Assembly (NCBI GenBank): GCA_050259195.1
Contig: JBLNAE010000090.1
Location: 1 to 35,641 of the forward strand
Length of the DNA stretch: 35,641 nucleotides
Direction of reading: 5' to 3'
From: Ignavibacteriales bacterium
GTDB taxonomy: Bacteria > Desulfobacterota_D > UBA1144 > Nemesobacterales > CSP1-2
Shown: in pieces, positions 1-8,814 of the stretch
Numbering within the stretch: position 1 is the first letter of the stretch
How the letters are laid out: the number at the start of each line of letters is the position of its first letter
Notes under the pieces: model-generated
Told to the model about the DNA's origin: nothing
The model's database searches: none
Seen by the model: only the letters and a program-made list of their open reading frames with translations
Made by a program: the position numbers and the translations under genes

Positions 1-399
1 GTTGATACTCTAGATATACGACCTACAGCTGGAGTGATACTTAAACAGTTCACAGCACGGGACGTAATCTCTAAATGGGATGTAATGGAAGCCAGAGGGC
101 GAGCCACTTCAAGGACAGCCACAGAGTTTTTGGATACAGTTCAGAGAAATATGCCATTTAACATAAGAGCAATACAGGTTGATGGAGGATCAGAGTTTTA
201 TTCAGAGTTCGAGGAGGAGTGCCAAAGAACAGGAATCAAATTATTCGTATTGCCTCCAAAGAGTCCAAAGCTCAATGGGTGTGTTGAAAGGGCACAAAGA
301 ACCCATACTTATGTACTGAACCGTTACATTGGGTTGACCGAGGCTTTAAATTATGATAGGATATTTAAAACCGACGCCAAGGAAGGGGAGAATGTTTAA
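1..399 (+). mobile_element. Remnant of a DDE (rve/integrase-core) transposase, IS481/IS3-superfamily-like; open at the window 5' edge and C-terminally degenerate
   Basis: Frame 1 is open from nt 1 (VDTLDIRPTAG precedes the listed Met at 34). The translation has a DDE-core-like pattern: DTLD..., IRAIQVDGGSEF, KLFVLPPKSPKLNGCVERAQRTH. After RTH the expected family continuation is lost, and a stop follows about 30 codons later, abutting cdnL. Confidence 0.7.
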
Positions 400-886
400 G
401 ACTGGCGATATAGTTGTTCATCCGGCTCACGGCGTTGTAATAGTTGAAGGAATCGAAGTTAAGGAAATTTGTTGCACAAAAAAAATATTTTATATACTTA
501 AGGTCATTGATAGTGACGTTACTGTAATGGTGCCTACCGATAATACTCACGCAGTTGGGCTAAGGCGCGTGATTGCAAAGGCCGAGATTCCAAAAATATA
601 TGAGATACTCAAGAATAAAAAGAAAATGAACAATTCCACAAACGGCCATAAAAGCTGGAACAAAAGGTACCGTGAATACGGCGAAAAATTAAAGAGCGGG
701 AATATATTCGAGGTAGCTGAGGTTTTAAAAGATATATACCTCCTCCAGAATGAAAAAGAACTCTCCTTCGGAGAAAGAAGGATGATGGATGCCGCGCGGA
801 TGCTCTTGATTAAAGAGATCTCCATATCCAAAAATTCAGAAGAAGAATCGATTGCTGGAGAGGTTGAAAAGCTCCTCGATCAATAA
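392..886 (+). CDS. cdnL: CarD/CdnL-family RNA-polymerase-binding transcriptional regulator
   Basis: The N-terminus MFKTGDIVVHPAHGVVIVEGIEVKE...ILKV is the CarD_CdnL_TRCF-type Tudor-like module, followed by a helical C-terminal half. The ATG at 392 is preceded by GGAAGGGGAG; the track start at 353 lies inside the transposase remnant and lacks an RBS. Confidence 0.8.
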   Translation: MFKTGDIVVHPAHGVVIVEGIEVKEICCTKKIFYILKVIDSDVTVMVPTDNTHAVGLRRVIAKAEIPKIYEILKNKKKMNNSTNGHKSWNKRYREYGEKLKSGNIFEVAEVLKDIYLLQNEKELSFGERRMMDAARMLLIKEISISKNSEEESIAGEVEKLLDQ

Positions 887-936
887 GAGAGTAGAATTAA
901 TTATCTCGATTTCCTTATACTTCGATCCTTCGAGTT

Positions 937-1809
937 ATGCCAAAAGACATAGTGGACATAGAGGCTACCTTAAAGCTAGAGGGGCTCTCTTTTCGTATTT
1001 CGCCCCGCGTAAGGGGTCTAAGGACGGGTATTCATAAAAGTTTCCACAAAGGCATAAGCCCGGACTTTATGGAATACAAAGAATATTCCCAGGGTGACGA
1101 ACTCAGGCACATTGACTGGAGGCTTTACGGTAGACTCGATCGACTGTATGTAAAGAAATTCGAAGACGAGGTGAATCTAAACTGGTGCATACTAATTGAC
1201 AAGAGTGGCTCTATGGGCTACGCATCAGAAGAAACCTCAAAATTCGATTATGCCATAAGGCTCTCAGCAACCCTTGCATACCTGCTTCTTAAACAAGGAG
1301 ATGGCGTAGGGGTAACAGATTTTTCCGATAGAGGCGTAGATGTAATCTTGCCGCGATCAGGAACCACAAACCTCACTCCTATAGTGGAAAAACTCAAATC
1401 CCTCAGTCCCGGCGGAAAGGGTGCGCTCAAAGAGGCAGTGTTAAAGACAATAGAGAGAATTAAGATTGATTCAGTTTTCGTCTTGGTCTCTGACTTTCTT
1501 ATGGATTTTGAACCGATAGAAGAATCCATTAAACTCATTCGAGCGGCAGGAAAGGAGGTGATTGTTATCCACGTGCTCGATCCGGATGAAATTGATTTTA
1601 ACTTTGACGGATCAATCGAGTTTGAGGATATGGAAGAAGACATAAAGGTTCTTGTCGATGCTGGAGGTTTCAGAAATATCTACAGGAAAAGAGTAGGAGA
1701 GTTTATTCAAAAATTAAAATTTATATGCCACAAGAACAGATCAAGATATGTGCTTTCTCCGTCAAACACGTCCATCGAAGATGTGCTTATCCAAATTTCA
1801 AATAAATAG
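937..1809 (+). CDS. DUF58 domain protein (vWA-like, usual partner of MoxR-type ATPases)
   Basis: GIHKSFHKGISPDFMEYKEYSQGDELRHIDWR is the DUF58 signature. It is followed by the MIDAS-like LIDKSGSMGY. Confidence 0.85.
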   Translation: MPKDIVDIEATLKLEGLSFRISPRVRGLRTGIHKSFHKGISPDFMEYKEYSQGDELRHIDWRLYGRLDRLYVKKFEDEVNLNWCILIDKSGSMGYASEETSKFDYAIRLSATLAYLLLKQGDGVGVTDFSDRGVDVILPRSGTTNLTPIVEKLKSLSPGGKGALKEAVLKTIERIKIDSVFVLVSDFLMDFEPIEESIKLIRAAGKEVIVIHVLDPDEIDFNFDGSIEFEDMEEDIKVLVDAGGFRNIYRKRVGEFIQKLKFICHKNRSRYVLSPSNTSIEDVLIQISNK

Positions 1810-1817
1810 GAAAAAAG

Positions 1818-3770
1818 TTGAACTTCTCTTTTTTAAATCCATTCTTCTTAATTGGTCTTAGCGTAGTTACCTTTCCCATTCTCATACATCTGATATCCAA
1901 AAAAAGGGGGATCAAAAAGAGTTTCCCAGCCGTACGTTTTCTCATAGCTTCCCAAGGAGAAATCGCAAAAAGATCAAAATTAAAGGACCTAATTCTACTT
2001 CTTCTTAGAGCTTCGATCTTAATCCTTTTGGTCATTGTATTTTCAAAACCTGCTGTTTTTTCCTTTTCTCCCACGGGTGCGCAAGATGCGAGGTCTGTTG
2101 CAATTGTAGTTGATAACTCATTCAGCATGGGATACAAAGATAGTTTTAAAAAGACCAAAAACAGCGTGGAAAAACTCATCCAATCGCTTCCGGACGGAAG
2201 TTTCGCAGCCATTTTTCCTCTTATCCCGAATGAGAACACCAGACCCCAAGTCACACAAGATAGAGGAAAAATGGCAGAGGATTTAAAAAATCTGGAATTA
2301 TCATATGCCTTTGCAAATAACGAAAGAAAGCTCGAAGAGATATTCGGTTCACTTGAGAACGCACCCAATCAAAAGAAAGAACTCATATTCTTTACCGACT
2401 TCCAGAGAAACGGCTGGACAAGAGACGATTTCAGAAGAGAATGGTTTCTGCCGATTGATGTAAGTCCGACTTCGGAGATGGAAAACCGCGCTGTATCAGG
2501 CGTAGATTTTAAAGAGGAAGGGGATTCAATAAGAATTTCCGTTAAGATATTCAACTATTCAAAAAATCCTGTAAAGGACCTGCTCGTTACCGTGTTTCTT
2601 GGCAGTAATCAAATAAAGGGCTTCGTGGATGTGGAAGGAAAGAGCGAATGGATAAAGGATTTCGTCCTTTCTAAAGGTAGTATTCCTCAAGGTGAAATGT
2701 CCGGTAGGGTTGAAATCTCTCATGACAATCTTACGGCGGATGACATCCGATACTTTGCCCTCTCTCAAAATGGAGAGTCGCGGATTCTCATGGTTGACGG
2801 AGACCCTAGAGAGAATGCAAGACTTAGCGAGACTTACTATCTTGCGCGCGCCGTTGAAACGATTAGCGAGATACTACCACTCCGCATATCTACAAAAGAC
2901 AACGAATCGTTTCTTAACGAGGAGTTAAAAAACTACAACATAATTTTTTTGGCAAACGTTGGAGATGTAACTCCGCAAAAAGCCAATGAGATAGAGGAAT
3001 TTCTAAAAAACGGCGGAGCAGTTGTAATACTTCTCGGAGATCGAGTAAGAAGCGACGTATATAATGCGCTTTTCAAGGATGTTCTTCCCGCAGAGGTTGG
3101 AAGCTTATCGGAGGGCGATTACTCTCTCGGCGCTCGCAAGCCCGATGAATTCACAGAAGAAATTGATGAAAAATTCAGCCAAGTAAAAGTAAAAGAATTA
3201 TTTAGCCTCCGTCCAGCTAAAGACTCCTCTACGATTTTAGACGCTTCAAATAATTTTCCGTTTCTCATTCACAGAAAAGCAGGAAGAGGAAACATATTTC
3301 TATTTGCCTCAACAGCAGATACGGCTTGGAACAATTTTTCACTCACTCCGGTTTTCCTTCCAACTATAAAGAAAATATTCGACCTCTCATCTGCCGAGTC
3401 TCAGAGAAGAAATTTCCTTGTTGGTGAACCTGTCGACGTTAGTTTTCCAGAAGGAGTGGATGAAATAGAGATAGAGAATCCCCGGAGGGAAGAAATAAAA
3501 GTATATCGAGAGAGCCCCCGATTCACCAAAACTCTCATCCCCGGAATCTATACCGTGAAATTGGGTGAAGGAATAGGCTACAAATTCTGCGTAAACGTTG
3601 ACACTAGAGAATCAAACCTTGAGAAGATTTCACTAAAGGCCGCTTCTTCTCAGTCCACTGGGCAAAACGGATTGACCAAAGTCTTCAAAGAGATAGGGAG
3701 TTACTTTCTCTTTGGAGTTATCGCTCTTTTTATATCCGAATCGGTTCTCAGAGTCTTATATATGAGGTAG
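1818..3770 (+). CDS. BatA-N-terminal (double-TM) / vWA-like membrane protein with C-terminal TM anchor
   Basis: TTG start 9 nt after the DUF58 stop. MNFSFLNPFFLIGLSVVTFPILIHLISKKR is the aerotolerance-regulator BatA N-terminal motif. A DxSxS-like VAIVVDNSFSMGY follows, then a ThuA/GATase1-like YNIIFLANVGD...GGAVVILLGD segment and a hydrophobic C-terminal helix. Confidence 0.8.
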   Translation: MNFSFLNPFFLIGLSVVTFPILIHLISKKRGIKKSFPAVRFLIASQGEIAKRSKLKDLILLLLRASILILLVIVFSKPAVFSFSPTGAQDARSVAIVVDNSFSMGYKDSFKKTKNSVEKLIQSLPDGSFAAIFPLIPNENTRPQVTQDRGKMAEDLKNLELSYAFANNERKLEEIFGSLENAPNQKKELIFFTDFQRNGWTRDDFRREWFLPIDVSPTSEMENRAVSGVDFKEEGDSIRISVKIFNYSKNPVKDLLVTVFLGSNQIKGFVDVEGKSEWIKDFVLSKGSIPQGEMSGRVEISHDNLTADDIRYFALSQNGESRILMVDGDPRENARLSETYYLARAVETISEILPLRISTKDNESFLNEELKNYNIIFLANVGDVTPQKANEIEEFLKNGGAVVILLGDRVRSDVYNALFKDVLPAEVGSLSEGDYSLGARKPDEFTEEIDEKFSQVKVKELFSLRPAKDSSTILDASNNFPFLIHRKAGRGNIFLFASTADTAWNNFSLTPVFLPTIKKIFDLSSAESQRRNFLVGEPVDVSFPEGVDEIEIENPRREEIKVYRESPRFTKTLIPGIYTVKLGEGIGYKFCVNVDTRESNLEKISLKAASSQSTGQNGLTKVFKEIGSYFLFGVIALFISESVLRVLYMR

Positions 3771-3781
3771 CAGAATAGGTG

Positions 3782-5185
3782 CTAGCCAACTAAACTCACT
3801 CCGTCTATATTCCTGGGAATAGGCTTTCCAAGAAGATGGAGTATAGTGGGATAAAGATCTACAGTTCTTACAAAATCTTTTTTAATCTTCACATTTATTC
3901 CCAGAGGAACGAGAATCTGTTCTCTAAAAAGCGCGCCATGAGACGAACAATGCTCAGGGTTTTCATGTTTTGCCCTAAGATCAAAACCGGGTTTTGCACT
4001 GACCACCAAATCCCCGGAGCGCGGAGATTCAAGAAGCTGTATAATCTGAAGAAGCGCATCAGGATATTGCGTGTAGAAGCTATACCTAAGACTCTCGTCT
4101 CTATCCATTTTCTCAGGCAAACCATTATATCCAAATGGATCGCCGTAAGTCCTCTCATATCTTATATAACCGCTTTCATCCAGCCAAGCTAGCGCTTCCC
4201 CTCTTTCACTCTTAATCCTCGCCCTGCCCTTTTCATCAAGTCCTGCAACTATATCTATCTCATGTCTCTCAAGAAGAGCACTGACGAGTCCATTAAGTTC
4301 CTCAAAGGTACTTCTCCTCTCCCAGCCCTCGGAACTCTTTAGATAAAGATGAGTCATAGCGTTTCCCGAAATCATATTTGCGGCATTGGCATCCCTGTAG
4401 TGCTTAAATATTTTTGGATAATAAAACGTCTTAAATCCAAGCAGGTTCATAAACTCTACAGAATCAAAGTGAGAATGGGTTTGGCTAAGTCCGTGGTCGC
4501 TTGCGATTATAAGGAGAGTTTTGTCCAGCTTTCCTATATCTTCCAGGGCTTTTCCAATAAGCCCTACGCTTTCATCAATTCGCAGATAGGAGTCTACCAC
4601 TTTGCCGTGAAAGGGATGTGTCAGGTGAGAGTACGTATCAATTCCCAAAAACACAACATACGAAAATTGAGGATAGCTTTTCAAGGATTGAAGAAAGATC
4701 CCTCTCGATGCAATGTCAACCTCATCCCAGCGATGGTTAAAATGCCCTTTTATTTTATAGTACGCTCTTGAAAATCTGGTTTTGTCTCCTCTTAAACCCG
4801 CTCCACGCGAAAGCTCGCTTACTATGTTTACGGCTCTAGGAAACACCTCAAAAAGGGTTTGCGCGTCTTTGGAGATGTCCCGGTTCATGAGAAAGCTCTC
4901 AAGCCCCACATAGCTTCTGAAGCGGTAGGGAGAAAAAAACCTTTTGGAATAGAGTTTTCTGTCAAACCATCTAATGCCGGGAAGATTGCATCTCCCCGGA
5001 AACCTCCCTAATAGAAAAGGGGCATAAGCAGGTCCCGTCGTAGATGGAAAAACAGAGACGGCGTTTGTAAAGGTTCCCTTCTCAATTATGTATTTTGATA
5101 TGTTTGTAAGGTCTCCCCGTTTTAGAAGCTCCTCAAACACATCTGCCCTTGCACCATCTGCCATTATGAAAATACAGCTCTCCAA
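3782..5185 (-). CDS. Alkaline phosphatase superfamily protein (type I phosphodiesterase / nucleotide pyrophosphatase family)
   Basis: IFIMADGARAD, SVFPSTTGPAY, DTYSHLTHP and IIASDHG match the metal-ligand and nucleophile pattern of the AP/NPP family. Confidence 0.75.
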   Translation of the reverse strand: MESCIFIMADGARADVFEELLKRGDLTNISKYIIEKGTFTNAVSVFPSTTGPAYAPFLLGRFPGRCNLPGIRWFDRKLYSKRFFSPYRFRSYVGLESFLMNRDISKDAQTLFEVFPRAVNIVSELSRGAGLRGDKTRFSRAYYKIKGHFNHRWDEVDIASRGIFLQSLKSYPQFSYVVFLGIDTYSHLTHPFHGKVVDSYLRIDESVGLIGKALEDIGKLDKTLLIIASDHGLSQTHSHFDSVEFMNLLGFKTFYYPKIFKHYRDANAANMISGNAMTHLYLKSSEGWERRSTFEELNGLVSALLERHEIDIVAGLDEKGRARIKSERGEALAWLDESGYIRYERTYGDPFGYNGLPEKMDRDESLRYSFYTQYPDALLQIIQLLESPRSGDLVVSAKPGFDLRAKHENPEHCSSHGALFREQILVPLGINVKIKKDFVRTVDLYPTILHLLGKPIPRNIDGVSLVG

Positions 5186-5246
5186 TTTCTCGTTAAACTC
5201 CTATTTGGTTTATAACTAAATCCCTATGTCACGCAGCCATAATGTC

Positions 5247-5349
5247 ATTCCCGCACGCATTAAGCTTGTATCCGTATATTTTAAACGGGTGCGGGAATCC
5301 GGTATTAATGGATACCCAATGAATGCTTCCCGATTACTACATTCGGGAA
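5247..5349. repeat. Cluster of GC-rich palindromic (REP-like) units in the intergenic region
   Basis: Perfect 10-bp arms attcccgcac (5247-5256) and gtgcgggaat (5289-5298). A second hairpin pairs ttcccga (5327-5333) with tcgggaa (5343-5349), and a further attcggg copy follows. The units lie between the AP-family start and the glnE stop. Confidence 0.6.
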
Positions 5350-5418
5350 CAAGATTCGGGTATGACAATGGTGCAGATATCCAATTAATATTTCCGAGCA
5401 TGATAAAAAGAGTTATCC

Positions 5419-8199
5419 TTAAGAAAAATACTTGTCATAAATTTTCCTTATACGCTCGGTCTTGTAACTATATACTTCTTTTAATTTTTCACTGTTTTCT
5501 TTCATATTCAGCTCGAGCGCGAGTTTATGAAAGTCACTCTCGTATATTTCGCTTATAGACCTGTCATGGAGAAGCCTAAGCAGATTCTCAAGTTTCTTTA
5601 GAAAATAGAACCCTTCTTTTAATGTAATAAACTCTTTTTCCTCTAGCGCTCCGAACCCCCACAATCCCTCAAGGGCCTCCAGTGTATTGTGCTTTCTTAC
5701 ACCCTCACAGTGACGCCCGAATTTAAGCTGAAGCATCTGAACAAGAAATTCTATATCCACTATGCCGCCCCTTCCGGTTTTAAGGTTTAGCTTGAGCTTA
5801 TCTTCTCTTGCAATTTCTCTCTCCATCCTGGCGCGCAAGTGATGAATTTCTTTATGAAAATCTATTTCAATGGGTTTCTCATAGACAAAATATTCAACTG
5901 TTTTCATAACCTCTCTACCCAAATCCATATTCCCCGCAGAAGGTCTCCCTTTAATGAGAGCCTGCCTCTCCCAGAGTTTTGCACCATCCTCATGATATTT
6001 CTTGAAAGATTCAAATGACGAAACGAGCGCTCCAGCTCTTCCAGACGGCCTTAGCCTCATATCAATCTTGTACGCAAATCCCTCATTTGTTGGGATCGAG
6101 AGAATAGATATGATTTTCTGCCCCAGCCTTGAGAAGAATTCGTGATCGTCTCCTTTATATATGAAAATGAGGTCGAGGTCGGAATTATAACTCATCTCCA
6201 TGCCACCCAATTTTCCCATACCAAGTATTACCATATTGGATGTATTTCCTTTTCTTCCCGACCTGACTACGACAATTTCACCAGTAAGAGCAAGTCCCGA
6301 TTCGAGAATCGCCTCGGCAAGCATAGAGAGATAATTTCCGACATAGACCGCGTCTACCTCTTGATTCAAATCTCTGAGGCAGAGCCTCAGTGTCTCTACA
6401 TGCTTGAACCTTCTTATTGCATCAAGCTTACCTTCGTACTCCTTCTCTTCGCTTAGGATCCTTTTAAGCTCTTCAACCATCTCTTCTTTCGAGGTGAAAT
6501 CCCTTCTTGTGCCTTTAATCGTAAGCACATCGAGATACTCAGGATGCCTTATGAGAAAATTCGAAAGGTACACGCTCGTCGAAAAAAGCCTAGAAAGTAG
6601 CTCAAGTATATCAGGGTTTTCGGCAAGGAGAGCATAAGTGAATGTTCGCCATCCGATTCCAGATATAAACCTCTCAAGATTTCCGAGCGCGGCGTCGGGA
6701 TCAGGCGAGGTGATAACCTTGCCCAAGAATGCGGGTATTACCCTCCTTGCAAGAATTCTCCCCCTCTGTGTAAGCGCGCCCTTTTTTGAATCAAGAAGGG
6801 CAGATATAATCTCAATTGCGGTCTCAGGGTATTTAAATCCTAAGTTTTTTAAATCCTCCAGTGCTTCACTCCGGGGAACGTTTCCCTCTGTCAAGAAATC
6901 GGCGAGATCCCAAAACGCCTTCCCTCCCTCCTCAATCTTCTTTGACGGCTCATAAAAGAGTTGCCCGTAGATTCGAGAGACCTGAGAGGTTATTTTATCA
7001 TAGTACTTCTCAAATTCCTCTCCGTCTTTAAAACCCACCGTCTTTGCGAGCCTAAGGAGACTATTGGAATCTACAGGCAATTCGTGCGTCTGAAGCTCAT
7101 CCAATAATTGGATTCCGTGTTCCACCCTTCTTAAAAAGAGATATGATGCACCGAGTGTTTGGAAGACATCCTCGTCAACAATCTTTCTTTGCCTGAGTTT
7201 CTCCAGAGCCTTCAGCGTATTTTTTTCTCTCAGTTCCTCTATCGCTCCGCCGTTTATAAGTTGAAGCGCCTGCACAAAGAATTCTATCTCTCGAATCCCA
7301 CCCTTTCCGAGTTTGACGTCTCGCGCCCTGTGGAGCCTATCGAGTTTGGCCTTCATATCTTTTAAGTCTTCGACCGACATATAATCAAGGTGCTTTCTAT
7401 AGATGAAAGATTCAACCTCTTTATTGAACCTATATCCAAGTGAAATATCTCCCGCGACGGGTCTTGATTTTATAAGCGCAGCCCTCTCCCATGTATCGCC
7501 CCAATAAAAGTAATGTTCAAGAGCGCCTTCAAACGAAAGCGCAATAGGGCTTTTCCCCCCGCCGGGGCGAAGCCCCAGGTCAACCCTATAGAGAAATCCA
7601 TCTTCTGTAATGGCGCTGAGCGATTTAGTGATTCTCTCGGCGAGCTTAAAGAAACCATCGGGTCTTGTCGAGTCTTCGTAAATATAGATTAGATCAATGT
7701 CTGAACTCAGGTTGAGTTCCCTGCCCCCAAGCTTTCCCATGCCGATTATGACAAACCTTTCGGGAACTGATTTTTTGATCTCTCTTCTAAAGAACATAAA
7801 TGCCGCTTCTAAGACGCCGCTTGCCAGGTCTGAAAGTTCTTCCATTATTTCTGGAAAGGTCCCCAGATTCATTATGTCTCGGTAGACGATCCTTGATAGC
7901 TCCCTATACTTATATCGTCTTAGCCCAGACATAAAATCCTCTACGGACTTAGAGCGCTCCGCAATTCCCGTAGATTCCTCAACGAATTTCTCGGGCAATT
8001 TTTTCCCATGAAGAAACTCTGACCGAAGCAGTGCATTCAGAATCTCAGGGTCTTTTATTAAAATTCTTCCAAGAAACCGGCTGTATGACGAAATTGTATA
8101 GAGGAGAGCCTTTTTCTCCGGAGAGATTCTTTTATGGGCCTCTTTAAAACGCTTCAATACATTTTCTGCGTTTTCGGCATCCGGAAAGACACTATTCAA
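5419..8199 (-). CDS. glnE: Bifunctional glutamine synthetase adenylyltransferase / adenylyl-removing enzyme
   Basis: 926 aa with two nucleotidyltransferase modules (GMGKLGGRELNLSSDIDLIYIY and GMGKLGGMEMSYNSDLDLIFIY). Each is followed by a GlnE-type helical domain. Confidence 0.93.
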   Translation of the reverse strand: MNSVFPDAENAENVLKRFKEAHKRISPEKKALLYTISSYSRFLGRILIKDPEILNALLRSEFLHGKKLPEKFVEESTGIAERSKSVEDFMSGLRRYKYRELSRIVYRDIMNLGTFPEIMEELSDLASGVLEAAFMFFRREIKKSVPERFVIIGMGKLGGRELNLSSDIDLIYIYEDSTRPDGFFKLAERITKSLSAITEDGFLYRVDLGLRPGGGKSPIALSFEGALEHYFYWGDTWERAALIKSRPVAGDISLGYRFNKEVESFIYRKHLDYMSVEDLKDMKAKLDRLHRARDVKLGKGGIREIEFFVQALQLINGGAIEELREKNTLKALEKLRQRKIVDEDVFQTLGASYLFLRRVEHGIQLLDELQTHELPVDSNSLLRLAKTVGFKDGEEFEKYYDKITSQVSRIYGQLFYEPSKKIEEGGKAFWDLADFLTEGNVPRSEALEDLKNLGFKYPETAIEIISALLDSKKGALTQRGRILARRVIPAFLGKVITSPDPDAALGNLERFISGIGWRTFTYALLAENPDILELLSRLFSTSVYLSNFLIRHPEYLDVLTIKGTRRDFTSKEEMVEELKRILSEEKEYEGKLDAIRRFKHVETLRLCLRDLNQEVDAVYVGNYLSMLAEAILESGLALTGEIVVVRSGRKGNTSNMVILGMGKLGGMEMSYNSDLDLIFIYKGDDHEFFSRLGQKIISILSIPTNEGFAYKIDMRLRPSGRAGALVSSFESFKKYHEDGAKLWERQALIKGRPSAGNMDLGREVMKTVEYFVYEKPIEIDFHKEIHHLRARMEREIAREDKLKLNLKTGRGGIVDIEFLVQMLQLKFGRHCEGVRKHNTLEALEGLWGFGALEEKEFITLKEGFYFLKKLENLLRLLHDRSISEIYESDFHKLALELNMKENSEKLKEVYSYKTERIRKIYDKYFS

Positions 8200-8470
8200 T
8201 CTTAACTTTCCTCATCTTTTTCCCGCGGGTCTTGGATTTTGCGGACTTAGCCTCTTTAGACCTTAAAACATCGAATGGATTTGCCATCAAGTCCATTCCC
8301 GTTTTGATAAACTTTAGGGCAAAATCGGAAGCGAGTTTTCTCCCTTCTCTCTGCCCTAAAAGGTTCCTCACGCCTTTTATGGCAAACCCTGCCCCTATAA
8401 TGCTCTCAGTGGTAGCCCTTATAAAATGGTCCCTTGCCTTCTCCAGATCGGTTAGGTTTTTTTTCTTCAT
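8192..8470 (-). CDS. Small hypothetical protein with a lysine-rich tail, 8-nt overlap with the glnE start
   Basis: A 92-codon ORF whose stop overlaps the glnE ATG, suggesting translational coupling. No family was recognised and the SD is weak. Confidence 0.4.
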   Translation of the reverse strand: MKKKNLTDLEKARDHFIRATTESIIGAGFAIKGVRNLLGQREGRKLASDFALKFIKTGMDLMANPFDVLRSKEAKSAKSKTRGKKMRKVKIE

Positions 8471-8496
8471 ATCTCAATTTTACCATAAATCAAGTT

Positions 8497-8524
8497 TATA
8501 TATTAATTTCATTCAATTGTTCAA
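8497..8524 (-). promoter_or_regulatory. Candidate sigma-70-type promoter for the small ORF-glnE unit
   Basis: On the minus strand: TTGAAC, 16 nt, TATATA, ending about 25 nt upstream of the ATG at 8470. Confidence 0.3.
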
Positions 8525-8596
8525 CAAATTAATTGTGATAACCAATCCCGTCATATCATGCTGAACCCTTCACTACCATGGGATTAAAGAAGAGTT

Positions 8597-8701
8597 GTCA
8601 TTACGTGCGACTGAAGGGAGTGAGGCAATCTGTTGATTCTTTTTGGATTGCTTCGGGACGAAGCCTGTGCCGAGCATATACCAGGTGTCCCTCGCAATGA
8701 C
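8597..8701. repeat. Composite imperfect palindromic (REP-like) element
   Basis: Outer arms gtcatt (8597-8602) / aatgac (8696-8701) and inner arms gcaatc (8625-8630) / gattgc (8646-8651). The gtcatt...cgcaatgac motif resembles the gtcattcccgc unit at 5245. Confidence 0.5.
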
Positions 8702-8753
8702 GATTACAATTAACTATAACCAACTTATTAATCCACGAACCAACCCTATAAAT

Positions 8754-8790
8754 AAAAGAGGGGAACCCCCTCTGGAAGCTCCCCTCTTTT
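8754..8790 (-). terminator. Rho-independent terminator downstream of the radical SAM gene (symmetric A-run / T-run)
   Basis: Perfect 11-bp arms aaaagagggga (8754-8764) and tcccctctttt (8780-8790), GC-rich core, flanked by a T-run when read on either strand. Located 25 nt after the stop at 8815. Confidence 0.6.
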
Positions 8791-8814
8791 ATAATCAGAT
8801 TAGACTATTCGTGA

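Noticed and set aside
353-391. Upstream ATG at 353 as the cdnL start
   Set aside because: It would add 13 residues that overlap the transposase remnant. The ATG at 392 has a good RBS and gives the family-typical MFKTGD N-terminus.
5216-5558. ORFs 5216-5401 (-) and 5226-5558 (+)
   Set aside because: They read through the palindromic REP-like units and the 3' end of glnE, so they are most likely artefacts of repeat sequence.
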